Shown here: piece by piece, positions 20,034 to 31,471 of the stretch
How the letters are laid out: each line of letters starts with the position of its first letter
How positions within the stretch are numbered: the first letter of the stretch is position 1
NCBI GenBank assembly: GCA_963842015.1
Contig: CAWJFG010000021.1
Span: 174,631-238,630, forward strand
From: an uncultured Acidimicrobiales bacterium
Lineage (GTDB): Bacteria > Actinomycetota > Acidimicrobiia > Acidimicrobiales > VFJN01
Length of the DNA: 64,000 nucleotides
Reading direction: 5' to 3'
Made by a program: the position numbers and the translations under genes
Notes under the pieces: generated by a model
Seen by the model: only the letters and a program-made list of their open reading frames with translations
Databases searched by the model: none
What the model was told of the DNA's origin: nothing

Positions 20034-21428
20034 GTGACCGACATGCGCCGACAGGACGGGGCCCCTCACGGGGTTCCGGTCGACGCGCAGGCGGCGCACC
20101 CGGGCCCGGCGGACGCACCCCCGACGCCCGCGCCGCCGGGGCCGGCGGACGACAGGCCGTCCTACGAGACCGGGGGCCTGCGCCTGGCTCTGTTGATCGC
20201 GGTGCTCGTCGCCGTCGGGCTGCGGGCGGGGTGGCCGGCGCTGGTCATGATCCTCGGGATCGTGGTCACGATCTTCCTCCACGAGCTCGGCCACTACGTG
20301 ACGGCCAAGAGGTCGGGCATGAAGGTCACCGAGTTCTTCATCGGGTTCGGGCCGAAGATCTGGTCGTTCCAACGGGGCGAGACCGAGTACGGGTTCAAGG
20401 TGATCCCGGCGGGCGCGTACGTCCGCATCATCGGCATGAACAACCTCGACGAGTCCGAGCCCGCCGACGAGCCCCGGACCTACCGCCAGCAGTCGTTCCC
20501 GAAGCGGCTGCTCGTCGTCAGCGCCGGGTCGCTGTCGCACCTGCTGCAGGCGTTCGTGATCGGGGTCGTGCTGCTGGGCGTGGTCGGCATCCCCGGTGGC
20601 AGCATCACCGACCCCCGGGCCGAGTACTGGACGGTCACGAACGTCGAGCGAGACAGCGCGGCCGACGCCGCCGGGCTCCAGGACGACGACCGGATCGTCG
20701 CGGTCGGCGGGCGGCCGGCGTCCGACTACGGCTCGCTGACCGACGCGCTCTCCACCTACGAGGTGGGCGACGAGATCGAGCTCACGGTCGTGCGGGACGG
20801 TGACGAGCGCACGACCGACGCCACGCTGGGGCCCCGCCCCGAGGGCAAGCCCGGCGGCGAGGTCGGGAGCCCGTTCCTCGGGGTGGGCACCGACGCGAGG
20901 TTCGAGGCCGAACCGGTCGGGGTCGGCACGGCGATCGCCCAGACCCCTGGCGAGATGTGGGAGGTCACGACCGCGAGCGTCGGTGCGCTGGGCCGGTTCT
21001 TCAGCCCGTCGGGCCTGGGCGGCTTCGCCGAGGACGTGGGCAGCGCCCGCGACGACCGGGCCGAGAGCTCCGGAGGCGGCGGCGGCGCCCAGGCGTCCGA
21101 CAGCGGGCGCAACCCCGAAGGCCTGATCTCGATCGTGGGCCTCGTCCAGATCGGCTCGCACGACGTCGAGCACCGCGCCGCCTTCATCCTCGTGCTGTTC
21201 TTCCAGGTCAACCTGCTGCTGGGGCTGTTCAACATGCTGCCGTTGCCGCCGCTCGACGGCGGGCACGCGGCCGTCGCCATCTACGAACGTGTCCGGTCCC
21301 GCGCCGGGAGCCGCTACCACGCCGACTTCGCCAAGCTCCTGCCGCTGACCTACGCGGTGGTGCTCGTCCTCGGGCTGATCGGCATCACCACGATCTACCT
21401 CGACCTCGTCAACCCCATCGAACTCTGA
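20034..21428 (+). CDS. rseP: RseP/Rip1-type M50 site-2 zinc metalloprotease with PDZ domain
   Basis: GTG 20034 lies 7 nt after GAAGGG. Contains the HELGHYVTAK zinc motif, a central PDZ-like segment, and NMLPLPPLDGGH at the C-terminus. Confidence 0.9.
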   Translation: MTDMRRQDGAPHGVPVDAQAAHPGPADAPPTPAPPGPADDRPSYETGGLRLALLIAVLVAVGLRAGWPALVMILGIVVTIFLHELGHYVTAKRSGMKVTEFFIGFGPKIWSFQRGETEYGFKVIPAGAYVRIIGMNNLDESEPADEPRTYRQQSFPKRLLVVSAGSLSHLLQAFVIGVVLLGVVGIPGGSITDPRAEYWTVTNVERDSAADAAGLQDDDRIVAVGGRPASDYGSLTDALSTYEVGDEIELTVVRDGDERTTDATLGPRPEGKPGGEVGSPFLGVGTDARFEAEPVGVGTAIAQTPGEMWEVTTASVGALGRFFSPSGLGGFAEDVGSARDDRAESSGGGGGAQASDSGRNPEGLISIVGLVQIGSHDVEHRAAFILVLFFQVNLLLGLFNMLPLPPLDGGHAAVAIYERVRSRAGSRYHADFAKLLPLTYAVVLVLGLIGITTIYLDLVNPIEL

Positions 21429-22657
21429 TGGAACTGGGCGAGTCCTCGTACCCGCGCCGCAAGACCCGCCAGATCACGGTGGGGGACGTGCCCGTCGGCG
21501 GCGACGCACCGATCACGGTGCAGTCGATGACGACCACCAAGACGGCCGACGTCGACGGCACGCTGCAGCAGATCTACGACCTGGCCATGGCCGGCTGCGA
21601 CATCGTGCGGTGCACGTGCAACGAGACCGAGGCGGCCGAGGGGCTCGCCCGCATCGTCCCGCGGTCGCCGGTGCCGATCGTCGCCGACATCCACCACCAG
21701 CACCGCATGGCGCTGGCCGCGCTCGAGGCCGGGGTCCACTGCCTGCGGCTCAACCCGGGCAACATCCGGCGGCCCGAGCACATCAAGCTGGTGGCGCAGG
21801 AGGCCAAGGCCCGGGGCGTTCCCATCCGCATCGGCGTGAACGGCGGCTCCCTCCACCCCGACCTGTACAAGAAGTACGGCGGCAAGGTCACGCCCGAGGC
21901 CATGGTCGAGTCGGCCCAGATGGAGCTGGCGTACTTCGACGAGGTCGGCTTCGAGGACGTGAAGATCTCGGTGAAGGCGTCGTCGGTGCCGCTGATGATC
22001 GAGGCGTACCGGCAGCTGTCCGACGCCGTCGACCACCCGCTGCACCTCGGCGTCACCGAGGCCGGTCCGCTGCCCGGAGGCATCATCAAGGCCACGGCCG
22101 GCATCGCCACGCTGCTGGCCGAGGGCATCGGCGACACGATCCGCTACAGCCTCACGGCCGACCCGGTGGAGGAGGCGCGGGCGGGGCGGGCACTGCTCGA
22201 GTCGATGGGCCTGCGCGAGCGCAAGAACGTCGACCTGATCGCCTGCCCGTCGTGCGGCCGCGCCGAGATCGACGTCATCGACGTGGCCCGCCGGGCGCAG
22301 GACGCGTTCGGTGACAAGGAGATCCCGCTGCAGGTGGCGGTCATGGGCTGCGTGGTGAACGGCCCGGGCGAAGCCCGTGACGCCGACATCGGCATCGCGG
22401 CCGGCAAGAACAAGGGCCACCTGTTCGTGCGCGGGCAGAACGTCGCCGTCGTGCCCGAGGCCGAGATGGTCGACGCGCTGGTCGAGTGGGCCACGTTCAT
22501 CGGGGAGAACGGCATCGACGCCGCGCTCGAGCGGGCCCGCAGCACCAGCGACGCGGCCCGACGGGCGGCCGAGCGCGACCGGGCCGAGCTGCTCGACGAG
22601 CAGGGCGCCGACGCCAACCACAGCGAGCAGCGCGTCGAGGTCATCCGCAAGCTCTGA
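21428..22657 (+). CDS. ispG: 4-hydroxy-3-methylbut-2-enyl diphosphate synthase IspG
   Basis: ATG 21428 overlaps the rseP stop. Contains ITVQSMTTT, RIGVNGGSL, ACPSCGR and MGCVVNGPGE. Confidence 0.95.
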   Translation: MELGESSYPRRKTRQITVGDVPVGGDAPITVQSMTTTKTADVDGTLQQIYDLAMAGCDIVRCTCNETEAAEGLARIVPRSPVPIVADIHHQHRMALAALEAGVHCLRLNPGNIRRPEHIKLVAQEAKARGVPIRIGVNGGSLHPDLYKKYGGKVTPEAMVESAQMELAYFDEVGFEDVKISVKASSVPLMIEAYRQLSDAVDHPLHLGVTEAGPLPGGIIKATAGIATLLAEGIGDTIRYSLTADPVEEARAGRALLESMGLRERKNVDLIACPSCGRAEIDVIDVARRAQDAFGDKEIPLQVAVMGCVVNGPGEARDADIGIAAGKNKGHLFVRGQNVAVVPEAEMVDALVEWATFIGENGIDAALERARSTSDAARRAAERDRAELLDEQGADANHSEQRVEVIRKL

Positions 22658-22734
22658 CCCGCCGCCGGGCCGGAAACGCGATCGCCTCCCGAACCCGACG
22701 GCCGACCCGCGCCCGACCGCAGTAGCCTGAGGTC

Positions 22735-22935
22735 ATGGCGCGGCAAGTGGAACGTCCGAGCGGTGGGATCGCGAGTCGCGTCCTCCTCGGCATCGTGGTG
22801 CTCGCCGTCGTGTGGATCGTCCTGCAGTTCGTGCTCGGCATGGTCTTCGCCGTCGTCCGGGCCGCGCTGCTCGTCGCGCTGTTCGGGGTCGTGGCCTGGG
22901 TCGTGCTCGTCGGCCCACCGGGCGGGCGGGACTGA
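22735..22935 (+). CDS. Small hypothetical membrane protein (two TM stretches)
   Basis: 66 aa, ATG 4 nt after GAGG. Hydrophobic stretches VLLGIVVLAVVWIVLQFVLGMVFAVV and ALLVALFGVVAWVVLV. Confidence 0.45.
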   Translation: MARQVERPSGGIASRVLLGIVVLAVVWIVLQFVLGMVFAVVRAALLVALFGVVAWVVLVGPPGGRD

Positions 22936-22954
22936 GGTTCGAGGGGGGCGGACC

Positions 22955-23668
22955 GTGGCGCGCGATCGGAACGCTGACGCAACGGAACCGTCACACGACG
23001 TTCGGTATCGTCCGCCGGTCGTGCGTACTCCCTCCCGCTCCCGCCGCTCCAGCGTCACCCTCCTCGCACTCGGCGTCCTCGCCGCGGTGGTCGCCGTCGC
23101 CGGCGACGCCCAGCCGGCTCGGCCGGCAGCCGCCGCCCCCGGCGACCCGGCGCCCACCGACGCCGTCCGCACCGTCGACTTCTCCACCCTGGCGCAACCC
23201 GGCGTCGCCTGCGCCGACGCCCTCCCCGACGCCACGCCACGTTCCATCGGCGTGTCCGCAGGCGAGAGCGCGCTGCTCGACCAGGCCACGTTCGCCCAGC
23301 TCATCGTCGATCCCGTGGTGCTCTACGGCGACCTCGACGGTGACGGGCGAGACGAGGCCGTCGTGCGGGCGACGTGTGCGTACGGGGCCAACGGCGCCGA
23401 GGACACGGTGCAGGTCTGGTCGGCGTCCGGGCGCCTGCCCCTGCTGATCGACACGATCACCGGCGCCCCCGACTCGGTGGCCGACGACAGCCGCTTCCCC
23501 CCGGAGCTGCTCGACGTGGCCCTCGACGGCGACGAGGTGCTGGTGACCTACGGGGTCTACGACGACGATGCGCCGCACTGCTGCCCGACAGGGCAGGCCG
23601 TGGTGACCTACGAGCTCGACGGCGGGCTCTCGGTCGTCGGGCGCCCGCAGGTCGATCCGATCGACTAG
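22955..23668 (+). CDS. Hypothetical secreted/anchored protein
   Basis: GTG 22955 after GAGGGGGG. Signal-like SSVTLLALGVLAAVVAVAG, then an LYGDLDGDGRDEAVV (FG-GAP/VCBS-like) motif. Family not recognised. Confidence 0.5.
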   Translation: MARDRNADATEPSHDVRYRPPVVRTPSRSRRSSVTLLALGVLAAVVAVAGDAQPARPAAAAPGDPAPTDAVRTVDFSTLAQPGVACADALPDATPRSIGVSAGESALLDQATFAQLIVDPVVLYGDLDGDGRDEAVVRATCAYGANGAEDTVQVWSASGRLPLLIDTITGAPDSVADDSRFPPELLDVALDGDEVLVTYGVYDDDAPHCCPTGQAVVTYELDGGLSVVGRPQVDPID

Positions 23669-23750
23669 CGGACCGCCCCGAGGGGTCGGCCGGTCCTGCC
23701 CCTCGATGCCCGCCCGGTGAACCGCTGCGGGCCGGGCGCGGGCCGGCCGG

Positions 23751-23756
23751 TACGAT
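23751..23756 (+). promoter_or_regulatory. Candidate -10 element TACGAT for an almost leaderless proS mRNA
   Basis: TAnnnT hexamer lies 10 nt before ATG 23767. No SD in CCGTACCCCT. Confidence 0.25.
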
Positions 23757-23766
23757 CCGTACCCCT

Positions 23767-25173
23767 ATGGCGAAGGTGCTCACGGCGCAGGCCGACGACT
23801 TCCCCCGGTGGTACCAGGACGTGCTGTCCAAGGCCCAGCTGGCCGAGAACGGCCCGGTGCGGGGGACCATGGTCATCCGGCCGTACGGCTACGCCATCTG
23901 GGAGCACATGCAGGCCGACATCGACGGCCGGATCAAGGCGGCCGGGGCCGAGAACGCCTACTTCCCGCTGTTCATCCCCGAGAGCTACCTGCAGCGAGAG
24001 GCCGACCACGTCGAGGGGTTCAGCCCCGAGCTCGCGGTGGTCACCCACGCGGGTGGCAAAGCCCTCGACGAGCCCATCGTCGTGCGCCCCACGAGCGAGA
24101 CGGTCATCGGCGAGTACATGGGCAAGTGGGTGCAGAGCTACCGCGACCTGCCCCTGCTGCTCAACAGTTGGAACAACGTCGTGCGGTGGGAGCTGCGCCC
24201 GCGCCTCTTCCTCCGCACCACCGAGTTCCTCTGGCAGGAGGGCCACACGGCGCACGCCAGCCGCGAGGACGCGGCGGCGTACGCCACCCGCATCCTCCAC
24301 GACGTGTACCGCGACTTCATGGTCGACGTGCTGGCCATGCCGGTGCTCGTGGGCTGGAAGACGTCGGCCGAGCGGTTCGCGGGCGCCATCAACACGATGA
24401 CGTGCGAGGCGATGATGCGCGACGGCAAGGCGCTGCAGATGGGCACCAGCCACGAGCTCGGCCAGAACTTCGCCAAGGTGTTCGACATCAGCTACCTCGA
24501 CGCCGACGGCGAGACCCAGCTGTGCTGGACCACCTCGTGGGGCTCCACGACCCGCATGATCGGCGGGCTGATCATGGTCCACGGCGACGACGCCGGCATC
24601 GTGGTGCCGCCTCGCCTCGCGCCCATCCAGGTGGTGGTCCTGCTGGTCAAGGACGACGACGGCGCGGGGGAGCGGGCAGCCGCCCTCGCCACCGAGATCG
24701 AGGGCACGGGCGTGCGTGTGCGCCTCGACGACCGGGTCGCCACCAGCTTCGGCCGGCGGGCCACCGACTGGGAGCTCAAGGGCGTGCCCGTGCGGGTCGA
24801 GGTCGGCCCCCGCGACCTGGCGCAGGGGCTGGTGACGCTGGTGCGACGCGACACCGGCGAGAAGGTCCAGGCGCCTCTCGCCGAGGCGGCGACGCGGGTG
24901 GCGGCGCTGGTCGAGCAGATCCAGGCCGACCTGCTGGCGGCGGCCACCGAGCGGCGCGACGCGGCGACGGTGGACGTGGCGACGGTCGACGAGGCGGCCG
25001 AGGCGGCCCAGGTCGGCTTCGCGCGCCTCCCATGGTCGGTGGTGCGGGGTGAGGGCGAGGCGACGCTGGCCGGCAAGGGCATCACCGTGCGGTGCCTGCT
25101 CGGGCCCGACGGCGAGCTCCCCTCGTCCGAGGAGGACGGCGATCTCGTGGCGGTGGTGGCGCGCGCCTATTGA
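23767..25173 (+). CDS. proS: Prolyl-tRNA synthetase (short archaeal/eukaryote-like class IIa form, no INS editing domain)
   Basis: 468 aa: FPRWYQDVLSKAQL, RPTSETVIG, FLWQEGHTAH, GTSHELGQNF, and an anticodon-binding plus C-terminal domain ending in Y. Confidence 0.95.
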   Translation: MAKVLTAQADDFPRWYQDVLSKAQLAENGPVRGTMVIRPYGYAIWEHMQADIDGRIKAAGAENAYFPLFIPESYLQREADHVEGFSPELAVVTHAGGKALDEPIVVRPTSETVIGEYMGKWVQSYRDLPLLLNSWNNVVRWELRPRLFLRTTEFLWQEGHTAHASREDAAAYATRILHDVYRDFMVDVLAMPVLVGWKTSAERFAGAINTMTCEAMMRDGKALQMGTSHELGQNFAKVFDISYLDADGETQLCWTTSWGSTTRMIGGLIMVHGDDAGIVVPPRLAPIQVVVLLVKDDDGAGERAAALATEIEGTGVRVRLDDRVATSFGRRATDWELKGVPVRVEVGPRDLAQGLVTLVRRDTGEKVQAPLAEAATRVAALVEQIQADLLAAATERRDAATVDVATVDEAAEAAQVGFARLPWSVVRGEGEATLAGKGITVRCLLGPDGELPSSEEDGDLVAVVARAY

Positions 25174-25224
25174 GTGCGCCGGTCGAGTGCGGTATGCCAC
25201 GGTCCGTGACGGGCGTGGCACCGC

Positions 25225-25230
25225 TATACT
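25225..25230 (+). promoter_or_regulatory. Candidate -10 hexamer TATACT upstream of the rimP-nusA-infB operon
   Basis: Near-consensus hexamer in the least GC-rich patch of the proS-rimP gap. No convincing -35. Confidence 0.25.
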
Positions 25231-25279
25231 CCAGCGTCCGTTTCGTTACGGATTCGTCACCGTTCGAGAGGTTCGAGCG

Positions 25280-25306
25280 AAGGCGTGGGCCCGGTGCCCA
25301 CGCCTT
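25280..25306 (+). terminator. Intrinsic-terminator/attenuator-like hairpin just upstream of the rimP ribosome binding site
   Basis: AAGGCGTGGGC-CCGGT-GCCCACGCCTT (11 bp perfect) followed by TCGTAT. The RBS AAGGAAGGAGG starts about 9 nt later. Confidence 0.4.
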
Positions 25307-25334
25307 TCGTATGAAAGGAAGGAGGCCAGCCCCC

Positions 25335-25885
25335 ATGACCGTCGCCGACCGCGTGCGTGCCATCGTGCTGCCCCTCCTGACCGAGCGCGATCTCGACCTG
25401 TACGACATCGAGGTCGCCGGTCCGGTGCTCAAGGTGGTCGTCGACCGCCCGGCCGGCCTCGACCTCGACGTGCTGGCCGAGGCCACGCGCGCGGTGTCCC
25501 GGGCCCTCGACGAGGCCGACCCCATCGCCGGGGCCTACACCCTCGAGGTCAGCAGCCCCGGCCTCGAGCGCAGCCTGCGCACGCCGCGCCACTTCGCCCG
25601 CGCGGTGGGCGAGTCCGTGAAGGTGAAGCTCACGCCGGCCGGTGGCGCCGCCCGCGGCGGCGAGCGCCGCCTCGAGGGCGAGGTCGTGGCCGCCGACGAC
25701 GACGGCGTCACGCTGCGCACCGCCGACGGCGACGAGAGGCTGGCCTTCGACGACATCGACCGGGCGCGCACCGTGTTCGCGTGGGGTCCGCCCGAGAAGC
25801 CCGGCAAGGGCCGGCGCCCGGCCGCGGCGAAGGCCGGCGGCGCCCCCGCCACCACCATCGACGACGACAAGAGGGACGAGACGCC

Positions 25886-25889
<4 letters not shown>
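25335..25889 (+). CDS. rimP: Ribosome maturation factor RimP
   Basis: ATG 25335 follows AAGGAAGGAGG. Contains LDLYDIEVAG, YTLEVSSPGLERSLR. Confidence 0.9.
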
Positions 25890-27290
<1,401 letters not shown>

Positions 27291-27313
<23 letters not shown>

Positions 27314-27554
27314 CCGACCCGGGCCGGGCGAGCCGCAGCGCACCTGCGTCGGCTGCAGGCGCACGGCGAGCCAGTCCGACCTGGTCCGCTTCGTCCGTGG
27401 TCCTGATGGAACTCCGGTCGAGGGCCGTACACTTGCTGGTCGCGGCGCGTGGCTCTGCCGGGCCACGATCGACGCCTGTCGGGCGCTCGCCGTCCGTCGC
27501 GGGGCGTTCCCACGAGCGTTCCGCGAGGGTCGACGACGGTCCGGTGGGCACTGA
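27291..27554 (+). CDS. ylxR: YlxR/DUF448 family RNA-binding protein
   Basis: 87 aa with the RTCVGCR...DLVRFV motif. Overlaps the nusA 3' end, in the canonical nusA-ylxR-infB position. Confidence 0.8.
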
Positions 27555-27660
27555 GCCGCAGGTGTTTCGCAATCGATGTTCGTGCCCGGGCCGCGGGCTG
27601 CGCGAGGATGGAGGGCCGTGATCCGCACCGCCACGTGCGCGGATCGCGCCCCCGAGCAAG

Positions 27661-30600
27661 ATGAAGGGCTGGTCAGAGACAACTTTGGCAGCGAAGATCC
27701 GTATCCACGAGCTCGCCAAGGAGCTCGGGATGACGAACAAGGAAACCCTCGACCTGTCCCTGGACCTGGGCATCGGGGTGAAGACGCACTCCTCCGGCAT
27801 CGAGGAGGCGCAAGCCGATCGCGTCCGGCGGCGGGCCGAGCGCGAGGGCCGCACCCGGGCCGAGCAGCCTGAAGAGCCCAAGCCCGTCAAGGCCACCAAG
27901 GCCACGAAGGCGGCCAAGAGCACGAAGAAGGCGGCGAAGGCGCCGGCCGAGGCGCCGGCCGAGGCGCCCGCGCCCGCGGTCGACACGCCCTCCACCGCTG
28001 GTCCGGCCGAGGCCCCCGCCCCCGCCGCGCCCGAGCCGGTGGCGGCTCGCGCCGACGCGCCCGCCCCCGCGCCCGAGGCGCCGTCTCGCCCGAGCACGCA
28101 GGAGCCGGCACGTCCGGCCGCAGGCGGGTCCTCCGAAGGGTGGAACCCCCGCCCGTCGTCGCCCCCGGCTGCGCCTCCCCAGCGCACGGCCGGCCGTCCC
28201 GCGCCGCCGCCGCCCCCGGGTCGGCTCGTCACGTCGTCGGGCAGCGAGCGACCGCCGCCTCCCCGCCGTGAGGAGGTCCCGGCCGCGTCCGCGGCGCCGA
28301 CCGAGGCGCCCCGCGCCCCGGAGCGTCCCGCGCCGCGTGCCCCGCGGCCGACTCCTCCGCCGACCGGTCGCCCCGCGGCGCCCCCGCCCGGGGCGCCTCG
28401 GCCCCCGGCCGGCGGCCCGCCCCGCCCCAGCGCGCCCGCGCCCGGCCGGCCCAACCCCGCCTCGTCGTCCGGCAAGCCCATCCCGCCGCCCCCCGGCCCG
28501 CCTGCCTCGCTGACCGGCAAGCCCATCCCGCCCCCGCCCGGCCTCGGTGGCCGTGGTCCCGCGCCCTCGCGCGGCGGCCGTCCCGGCGGTGGCCCCCCCG
28601 GTCGCGGCGGCACCCGCCCCGGCGGCCCGCCCAGCGGCGGCGGTGGCCGTCCCGGCGGCGGCTTCGGCGGCGGTGGCGGTGGCGGCGGCCGCCCGGGTGG
28701 CGGTTTCGGCGGTCCTGGTGGTGGTCCCGGTGGCGCTCCCGGCGGCGGTGGCCGTCCCGGTGGCGGTCCGCGCGGTGGCGGCCAGCGCCCGCCGCGTCGA
28801 CGCGGCCGGCGGCGTCGCAGCCGTGAGGAGCTGCAGCCGATGGAGGCGCCGAGCTACACCCCGGCGTCCGCTCCCGTCCCCGAGGGCACGATCGTCGTCG
28901 AGCGCGCCTCGACGCCGCAGGACCTCGGCCCCAAGCTGAACCGCACCGCGGCCGACGTGGTCCGGTTCCTGCTGCAGCAGGGCGAGATGGTGACGGCCAC
29001 GCAGTCGCTCACCGACGACATGATCGAGCTGTTCGCGGCCGAGATCGGCGGGGATATCCGCCTCGTCGACCCCGGCGAGGAGCAAGAGGTCGAGCTGCAG
29101 CGCCAGCTCGGGTTCGACGAGCTGTTCGACTCGGCCGCCGGCGACGACACCGAGCCCCGACCGCCGGTCATCACCGTCATGGGTCACGTCGACCACGGCA
29201 AGACCAAGCTGCTCGACCGCATCCGCAACGCGAACGTGGTCGAGGGCGAGGCCGGCGGCATCACCCAGCACATCGGCGCCTACCAGACCGAGAAGAACGG
29301 TCGGCGCATCACGTTCATCGACACCCCGGGCCACGAAGCGTTCACCGCCATGCGTGCCCGTGGCGCCGAGGCCACCGACATCGTCGTGCTGGTCGTGGCC
29401 GCCGACGACGGTGTGATGCCGCAGACCATCGAGGCGCTCAACCACGCCAAGGTGGCCGAGGTGCCGATCGTGGTGGCCATCAACAAGGTCGACCGCGAGC
29501 AGGCCAACATCGACCGGGTCAAGCAGCAGCTGTCCGACCAGGGCCTCATCCCGAGCGACTGGGGCGGCGACGTCGAGATGGTGCCGGTCTCCGCACTGCA
29601 GGGCATCGGCATCGACGACCTGCTCGAGACCCTGCTGCTCGTGGCCGACGTGCAGGACCCGCCGCTCGAGGCCAGCCCCGACGGCCGCGCCGCCGGCGTG
29701 GTGCTCGAGGCCAACCTCGACGTGGGCCGCGGCCCGGTGGCGTCCGTGCTGGTCCAGCGCGGCACGCTCTCGGTCGGCGACCCGCTCGTGGCCGGCGCCG
29801 CCTGGGGACGTGTCCGGGCACTCATCGACGACCACGGCAACAACGTGCGGGCCGCGGGTCCGTCGACCCCGGTGCAGGTCCTGGGCCTCAACGAGGTCGC
29901 CGACGCCGGCGACCAGTTCGTGGTGGCCCCCGACGAGAAGCTCGCCCGCTCTGCGGCGCAGACCCGCGAGCACTGGCAGCGCGTCGCCAGCCTCGGCCGC
30001 GAGGCCGCGGTCACCAGCGGCGGCGCCAAGCTCGAGGACATCTTCGAGCAGATCCAGCAGGGCGAGGCCGCCACGCTGAACCTGGTGCTCAAGGCCGACG
30101 TGACCGGCTCGCTCGAGGCGCTCACCGAGGCGCTGCGCAAGCTCGAGCGCGACGACGTCAAGCTGTCGTTCGTGCAGCGTGGCGTCGGCGGCATCACCAA
30201 GAGCGACGTGCAGCTGGCGGCGGCGTCCAACGCCACCATCATCGGCTTCAACGTGCGACCCGACCGCACCTCGCGCGAGCTGGCGCTCGCCGAGGACGTC
30301 GAGATCCGCACCTACGAGATCATCTACCAGGTCCTCGAGGACATCGAGAACGCCCTCCTGGGCCTCCTCGCCCCCGAGTACGAAGAGGTGGTCACGGGCG
30401 AGGCCGAGGTCCGAGAGATCTTCTCGGTGCCCCGCGTGGGCAAGATCGCCGGGTGCTACGTCACCAACGGCGTCATCACCCGCAACTCGAAGGTGCGGTT
30501 CCTGCGCGAGGGAACCATCATCTGGAAGGGCACGATCACGTCGCTCAAGCGCTTCAAGGACGATGCCCGCGAGGTGCAGTCGGGCTTCGAGTGCGGCATC

Positions 30601-30678
30601 GGGCTGTCCGACTTCCAGGACCTCAAGCAGGGCGACATCATCGAGACGTTCGAGGAGCGCGAGATCCCGCGCACCTGA
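27661..30678 (+). CDS. infB: Translation initiation factor IF-2 with long Pro/Gly/Ala-rich N-terminal region
   Basis: [11 protein letters not shown] at the N-terminus, GGRPGGG repeats around 28540-28800, G domain [30 protein letters not shown] at 27685 is an alternative start. Confidence 0.95.
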   Translation: MKGWSETTLAAKIRIHELAKELGMTNKETLDLSLDLGIGVKTHSSGIEEAQADRVRRRAEREGRTRAEQPEEPKPVKATKATKAAKSTKKAAKAPAEAPAEAPAPAVDTPSTAGPAEAPAPAAPEPVAARADAPAPAPEAPSRPSTQEPARPAAGGSSEGWNPRPSSPPAAPPQRTAGRPAPPPPPGRLVTSSGSERPPPPRREEVPAASAAPTEAPRAPERPAPRAPRPTPPPTGRPAAPPPGAPRPPAGGPPRPSAPAPGRPNPASSSGKPIPPPPGPPASLTGKPIPPPPGLGGRGPAPSRGGRPGGGPPGRGGTRPGGPPSGGGGRPGGGFGGGGGGGGRPGGGFGGPGGGPGGAPGGGGRPGGGPRGGGQRPPRRRGRRRRSREELQPMEAPSYTPASAPVPEGTIVVERASTPQDLGPKLNRTAADVVRFLLQQGEMVTATQSLTDDMIELFAAEIGGDIRLVDPGEEQEVELQRQLGFDELFDSAAGDDTEPRPPVITVMGHVDHGKTKLLDRIRNANVVEGEAGGITQHIGAYQTEKNGRRITFIDTPGHEAFTAMRARGAEATDIVVLVVAADDGVMPQTIEALNHAKVAEVPIVVAINKVDREQANIDRVKQQLSDQGLIPSDWGGDVEMVPVSALQGIGIDDLLETLLLVADVQDPPLEASPDGRAAGVVLEANLDVGRGPVASVLVQRGTLSVGDPLVAGAAWGRVRALIDDHGNNVRAAGPSTPVQVLGLNEVADAGDQFVVAPDEKLARSAAQTREHWQRVASLGREAAVTSGGAKLEDIFEQIQQGEAATLNLVLKADVTGSLEALTEALRKLERDDVKLSFVQRGVGGITKSDVQLAAASNATIIGFNVRPDRTSRELALAEDVEIRTYEIIYQVLEDIENALLGLLAPEYEEVVTGEAEVREIFSVPRVGKIAGCYVTNGVITRNSKVRFLREGTIIWKGTITSLKRFKDDAREVQSGFECGIGLSDFQDLKQGDIIETFEEREIPRT

Positions 30679-30737
30679 CCGATCGGCGTGGGCGGGACGA
30701 GGCCGGTAGCGACCCCGTCCCGCCGTACGCTGATGAT

Positions 30738-31037
30738 GTGCATGCGGCGGCTCTCCGTATCGAGCTCTACTTGCGCGAGTGCCGCTCGCTGAAGGCGAAG
30801 CGGGCGCTGATCCGGCCCGTGATCGAGGGGCTGGCCCGGCGGCACCGCGTGTCGGTGTCCGAGGTCGCGCACCACGACGCCTGGCACCTGGCCACGGTGG
30901 GGGTGGCGGCGGTGGCCCCGTCGCACGCCCACCTGGGCGACCTGCTCGACGATGTCGAGCGGTTCGTGTGGTCGTTCCCCGAGGTCGAGGTGCTGCGGAT
31001 CGATCGGTTGTGGATCGAGGAGGAGGAGACGACATGA
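30738..31037 (+). CDS. DUF503 (YlxP-like) protein
   Basis: GTG 30738 gives VHAAALRIELYLRECRSLKAKRALIRPVIEGL. Sits between infB and rbfA. Confidence 0.8.
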   Translation: MHAAALRIELYLRECRSLKAKRALIRPVIEGLARRHRVSVSEVAHHDAWHLATVGVAAVAPSHAHLGDLLDDVERFVWSFPEVEVLRIDRLWIEEEETT

Positions 31038-31471
31038 AGCGCTCATCGGGAACCGCTCGGGACTATCCACGCACGGCCCGGCTGAACCAGCTCCTCCAGG
31101 AGATCGTGGCCGAGGAGATCGAACGGCTCGACGACGAGCGGCTCGGCTTCTTCACGGTCGTCGGAGTCGAGGTCGATCCCGACCTGCGTCACGCGGTGGT
31201 GTGGTACACGGCGTTGGACTCCGGGGACGACGACGGCGCGGACGCCGCGGCGAGCGCCCAGCTGGCCGAGGCCCTGCACGAGCACCGGGCCCGCCTCCAA
31301 CGGGCGATCGGCCGCCAGACGCGGATCAAGCGCACCCCCGAGCTCTCGTTCCGTCCCGACGCGGTGATCCGCCAGGCCGAGCGGGTCGAGCAGATCCTGC
31401 GCGACATCGGCGACGAGGCCGAGCGGCCGGTCGACGAGCAGGCCCGCGAGGGCGGCGCCGGCACCCCGTGA
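31034..31471 (+). CDS. rbfA: Ribosome-binding factor A
   Basis: ATG 31034 overlaps the DUF503 stop. Contains RTARLNQLLQEIVAEEI and RIKRTPELSFRPD. Confidence 0.9.
   Translation: MKRSSGTARDYPRTARLNQLLQEIVAEEIERLDDERLGFFTVVGVEVDPDLRHAVVWYTALDSGDDDGADAAASAQLAEALHEHRARLQRAIGRQTRIKRTPELSFRPDAVIRQAERVEQILRDIGDEAERPVDEQAREGGAGTP

Noticed and set aside
27673-31035. 1120-aa ORF antisense to infB. Similar very long antisense or alternate-frame ORFs include 548..2422(-), 13591..15510(-), 25535..27682(-), 39283..41424(-), 45666..47207(-) and 52976..54679(-).
   Set aside because: Their translations are Arg/Pro/Gly/Ala-rich low-complexity strings with no recognisable domains. Each lies opposite, or out of frame with, a strongly supported conserved gene. 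Long stop-free alternate frames are expected at this GC content.
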